NCBI RefSeq assembly: GCF_000150275.1
Contig: NW_002060954.1
Location: forward strand, 1,364,001-1,428,000
Source of the DNA: Trichoplax adhaerens
Lineage: Eukaryota > Animalia > Placozoa
Direction of reading: 5' to 3'
Length of the DNA stretch: 64,000 nt
Part shown: positions 60,401 to 64,000 of the stretch, in pieces
Position numbering within the stretch: the first letter of the stretch is position 1
Layout of the letters: each line of letters starts with the position of its first letter
Position numbers and translations under genes: made by a program
Notes under the pieces: generated by a model
What the model was told of the DNA's origin: nothing
The model's database searches: none
The model's input: only the letters and a program-made list of their open reading frames with translations

Positions 60401-62634
60401 TGTCAAGAAGGTCCTATTCTACTGTCGCAGCCGATCGATGAGCTCTATCCTAGGCATTTGATCGTCTTGTGACAAGAAATTGTTGTATTGACTACTGCAT
60501 GGACATAGCCTGCATGATGAAGCACTAGGAGAAGAAAGGATTGCCAGCATCATTTTAGCCTTTTGGATTGCATCAGTAGTTCAAACTGGAGATAATTGAA
60601 TGATCTGAATTGTAGTTGGCTCCCTTACCTTACTGGATTTCTGAATAATGTTATTACTCCAGCAGCAGATAGCATCTTGATGAGTTAAGTTGGCAATCTT
60701 GTTTGAAAGGTAAGAATGACTGGTAGGAAGATGCGAGCCAAAGCAATTTTGCGCTTGGGAGATGAGAGTTTTAAAAGGTAGGTAAACAGTCTAGTACACT
60801 CACACATGTACTGTAACATGAGGGAGCATTGCAGCTCTACACTGAGCTCGTTTCGATTTGACCATTACGATACCGTACAGCAATGCGTTACTACTGTACT
60901 ATACAGTACAGTACTGTAGACCGCGCTAGCTTACAGTACATACTGGACAGTACTGTACACACTGTACTGTACTAGTACCACCCCAACATGAGGGAGCATT
61001 ACAGCTTTACGCTCAGCTTTTTTCGACTTGACCACCATGATACCATACAGCAATGCGGTAGTACCGTACTCTACAGTACTGTACACTGTACAGTAGAGCA
61101 CAGTCTACAGTACAGTACTGTACTGTAGACCGCACCAGCTTACAGTACTGTACATACTGTACTGGACAGTACAGTACTGTACACACTGTACTGTACACTG
61201 TACTGAACTGTACTGTACCACCCCAGCGATACTCTTGTCAAATTTTGTACAGCAATGGAGAATGAACGACAGTTGACTTTTCTTTTGCCTGTATAGTTCC
61301 CAAGAAATTCTAATCCTACGCAATCAAGTTCAATAGCGTACAACGATAAGTTTAATCGGCCTCTCTTGATTTTGCCACTACTATCGTTAGGATACAGTCT
61401 ATCACAATTGTCCTAAAATTGATTCATACAACTTGTGACATGGATAAACTCTGGGGTAGCAAGTCTTGCAGAATGATGTGTGAGCATATGGATTACAAAT
61501 GGACTTTAGACGATTCCATTTCACTATCGGTAACTTCGTCCAATGAAGTTTTGCGATTTGCAAGTCTACTGTGCACTCGCAGCACTAGTGTACTTGAAGT
61601 CAAACTCTTTTTTGAGCAGTTAGTCAGCAATGCAGCGGCATTGGAAAAGGATTGTACTGCACTTTATTAGAGCTTGATTGGACTCCATTTTATTGGCAGG
61701 TAACGTTTGAAACGTATCCACTTCCCGCTTCCTGTGCATTATCGCCACGTGACTGATGTGAGACCGATCTATCGCTAGACCATACTGTACAGTACCGTCA
61801 TTCAATATGAGCTTGAATGTACAGTACAGTACTGTACAGTACTCTACAGTGTACAGTCTACAAGACTGTACTGTATGGTATCAAGCACTACCGTACTGGT
61901 CGAGATTTTGCCTCACTCTACAGTACTGTCTGTTTTTACTGTCCATCCGTGCTTCGTGGAGTTTATATACTGTACACTTTGGTATACTGGACGCGCACGA
62001 TTTGGCTGACGGGGGGGAAACTTTCTTAACCAAAGTGAATTAACTTCCCCGACCACCCCAACCCCACCTGGGTGGTTGGCAATGGTACAGTATACCTATG
62101 TATGTACTGTAGGACCATATTGACCAGGGATGAATCAACTGCGGCAAGCTGATCGTTTCGATGGCATTCTCTAGCAGACGTTGACAATTTTTGCTGCAAA
62201 ACCCTACTGTCATCGTGTAAAATGATACAATGAGCACGATAGAGGAGTAAAGCTCACCGCTATGAAAATGCTATGATCATCATTACTGTTGGTGCCTTGC
62301 TATGAAAATGCTATGATCATCATTATTGTTGGTGCCTTGATCAAGGCACCAACAGTAATGATGATCATAGCATTTTCATATACTGCCCAATGCCCGTAAT
62401 CGTCCACGATCGCAATCATGCTGTACAATAAGTGTACATACTGTACTCTACTCTACTCTACTGAGCGGACCGATTATGGTGATCAACATCGACTAGCCGC
62501 TTGCCTACCACCGGCTACGTTTATATACACCACTCCCTAACTACCGTTCTGGAAAGTGAGTAAAACACAACACGACAAAACTGGTGCATTTTAGAGTGTG
62601 CATTGTAAGCAGGACTAGAAAATAGTCTAGCCAT
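57420..62634 (-). CDS. TFAM: Two-HMG-box protein, mitochondrial transcription factor A-like; 5' exon tentative
   Basis: Spliced: ...HLSTVIPKKPKRAR (~59188-59270)|NSYLMYMTDRWNQAKESGQVP (~58875-58939)|EIREFTEESSSNWRNMSEEEKE (~58412-58476)|EYHQRAQIDRNRFSREMMTY...KNQ (57976-58131)|LKKLGFPAKNSFSPLAAYIKENF...SPQ (57799-57897)|DWLKELSSNYRNLDSESKE (57651-57707)|RYSDIARK...KRRPVAKKLLK* (57420-57569). Candidate first exon 62545-62634 (MARLFSSPAYNAHSKMHQFCRVVFYSLSRT) resembles a mitochondrial presequence, but its phase needs an extra unlocated exon. Confidence 0.8.
60815..61224. repeat. Diverged tandem duplication (170 and 240 bp) with expanded TACAG/CTGTA arrays
   Basis: Both units start aacatgagggagcatt(g/a)cagct (60815, 60985) and end gtaccacccc (60984, 61224). 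The length difference is mostly pentamer gain. Confidence 0.9.
61780..61990. repeat. TACAG/CTGTA palindromic array
   Basis: atactgtacagtac; gtacagtacagtactgtacagtac; tacagtactgt. Confidence 0.8.
62259..62380. repeat. 40-bp direct repeat followed by an inverted copy, forming an 80-bp palindrome (62301-62380)
   Basis: gctatgaaaatgctatgatcatcatta(c/t)tgttggtgcctt twice, then ga|tc aaggcaccaacagtaatgatgatcatagcattttcata; a single T:G mismatch. Confidence 0.97.
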
Positions 62635-63057
62635 TTCTTAAATGTCATGGATTGACTGTCCATACCAATCAGGCCAATACATGGTGATTGGTTGAAACAG
62701 TACTAGTAACAGCTGTTGAAAAGCAACTTTAGCGTCAAGTTGAACAATATCATAGACTAAATTTGTATCAGGTTTAGCTTTGGCCAAATGGACAAGTCTA
62801 ATTAATGCTATTTCCATAATAATGGCAAGAAGAAGAATCATATTGACAAGATCGAGTAAGTCGAGCAAGCGGGCCCGTCACGTTGGTAACGCTTTCACTT
62901 GCATACAATACTACCTATCGACTAAAGTGATCGCCATGCAAATAAGCTTTTGACCTGAAACTCCAGTCGTTGTTGAGGCTGTCTACAGCGCAGAATCCGG
63001 TATTGACGTCTATTGACACGGCGGACGTTGAGCGTCCCTTTTAGCGTCACTTTGACA

Positions 63058-63155
63058 TTCCCGCCATCTGGCCAATGATCATCATGATCGTCATTGACTA
63101 TTAGCCTACTCTAATCATTGACTGACTCAGTTGGCGCGTAGTATCGCTTTTCAAA
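63058..63155 (+). promoter_or_regulatory. Candidate E2F / CCAAT / CHR cell-cycle promoter module of the RBL gene
   Basis: TTCCCGCC 63058-63065, CCAAT 63072-63076, TTGGCGCG 63131-63138, TTCAAA (TTTGAA on -) 63150-63155; 165-265 bp upstream of the ATG. Confidence 0.45.
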
Positions 63156-63320
63156 GTTAAAGGTCTGTTGAAAAAGACAAAAAAAAAAAAATAGAATAAC
63201 AATTCAAGCCCTCCCCAATATTCAAGTATATTGATTAAAGGAATCGTGGCGATTGATTGGATATCGACGATCGAAATTTCCATTGCTGATTCAATCCAGG
63301 ACTTGTTGAATGAAATCATC

Positions 63321-63467
63321 ATGACTTTCCATGGAAAAAATCCACCCGATGATCGACCAATTCGATCGGAATACGATGAGTTATGCCTAAGTTTGAATAT
63401 GGATAAAGATACTGCACAAACTGCATGGCAACGTTATCAAGATATCAAATTAAAATTTACGTTAGAG
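63321..63467 (+). CDS. RBL1: First coding exon of a retinoblastoma-like pocket protein (p107/p130 type); gene continues beyond the window
   Basis: MTFHGKNPPDDRPIRSEYDELCLSLNMDKDTAQTAWQRYQDIKLKFTLE followed by a GT donor. Matches the RBL1/RBL2 N-terminal pattern (F/Y)xxLCxxLNMD...AWxxY...YTLE, ending at TLE. RBL1 versus RBL2 is unresolved. Confidence 0.88.
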
Positions 63468-64000
63468 GTAAAACAATTTTTTATTTTTTTGGAGGGGTGG
63501 GGGGGGGGAAATCATTGGGCCCCATTGTACATTATCTTGATTCATCATCGCCTATTCAATCCTATCACCATGTCCAACTTAACATTGGATACGAGCCTGC
63601 CATGTCGTCGTCGATGGCAATAGAGGACTTGTTAGCGGTCATCATGTCCTTATGAAAACGATCGCCAGGTCGAGTCAACAAGCTAAACGCCACGGTAAAA
63701 ATCAAATGCATGCGACCGATAGTCAATCCAAATGGAGATACATCCTATGCTGGCTTGAAAGCGTTAAAATAGTTGTAAACCTTTCTCCTACCTTTGTCGA
63801 TCTCATGTTTTATCACCATTTTCCTTTGTCTTTATCATCATTTCTACCCAACAATACTCCTATCCTGATGGAGCTAGCGCTTTTTCAACTTGCTCCACTG
63901 TAGTAATCTTTCTTAATTCATTCGAAAATGAATATTCATCCAAGAGACATTGCCAACGAGCATGGAAACAACATCGTTGGCACGATACAGTAGTAGAAAA

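Noticed and set aside
61013-62043. Cys/Tyr/Val/Gln/Ser/Thr-rich ORFs (VQYSTV repeats; also 14949-15432)
   Set aside because: They are translations of the TACAG/CTGTA arrays in several frames and both strands, with no sign of real coding.

Overview
AT-rich (roughly one-third GC by eye), gene-dense animal genomic DNA with many short spliceosomal introns. Composition, intron style and pervasive TACAG/CTGTA arrays suggest a placozoan such as Trichoplax; this is inference, not verified. Nine intron-containing genes can be assembled by hand, left to right: (1) a highly divergent MyTH4-FERM myosin (-, runs off the left edge), (2) poly(A) polymerase (+), (3) a RIN/RINL-like SH2-VPS9 Rab5 GEF with no RA domain (-), (4) an AREL1-like filamin-HECT E3 ligase (+), (5) SPRTN (-), (6) a peroxisomal hydroxyacid oxidase (+), (7) TMEM62 (+), (8) a TFAM-like two-HMG-box protein (-), and (9) the first coding exon of an RBL1/RBL2-type pocket protein (+). 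Eight of the nine form four head-to-head pairs. Most unusual observations: a myosin motor with many degenerate catalytic and actin-binding motifs plus a very large loop-2 insert; strand-symmetric palindromic TACAG/CTGTA arrays concentrated at gene 5' ends; several foldback and tandem-duplication structures sharing a terminal motif; and an 80-bp near-perfect palindrome near the TFAM/RBL promoter. No tRNA, rRNA, CRISPR array or intact transposase was seen. Exon boundaries are hand-derived, and several 5' ends are uncertain.
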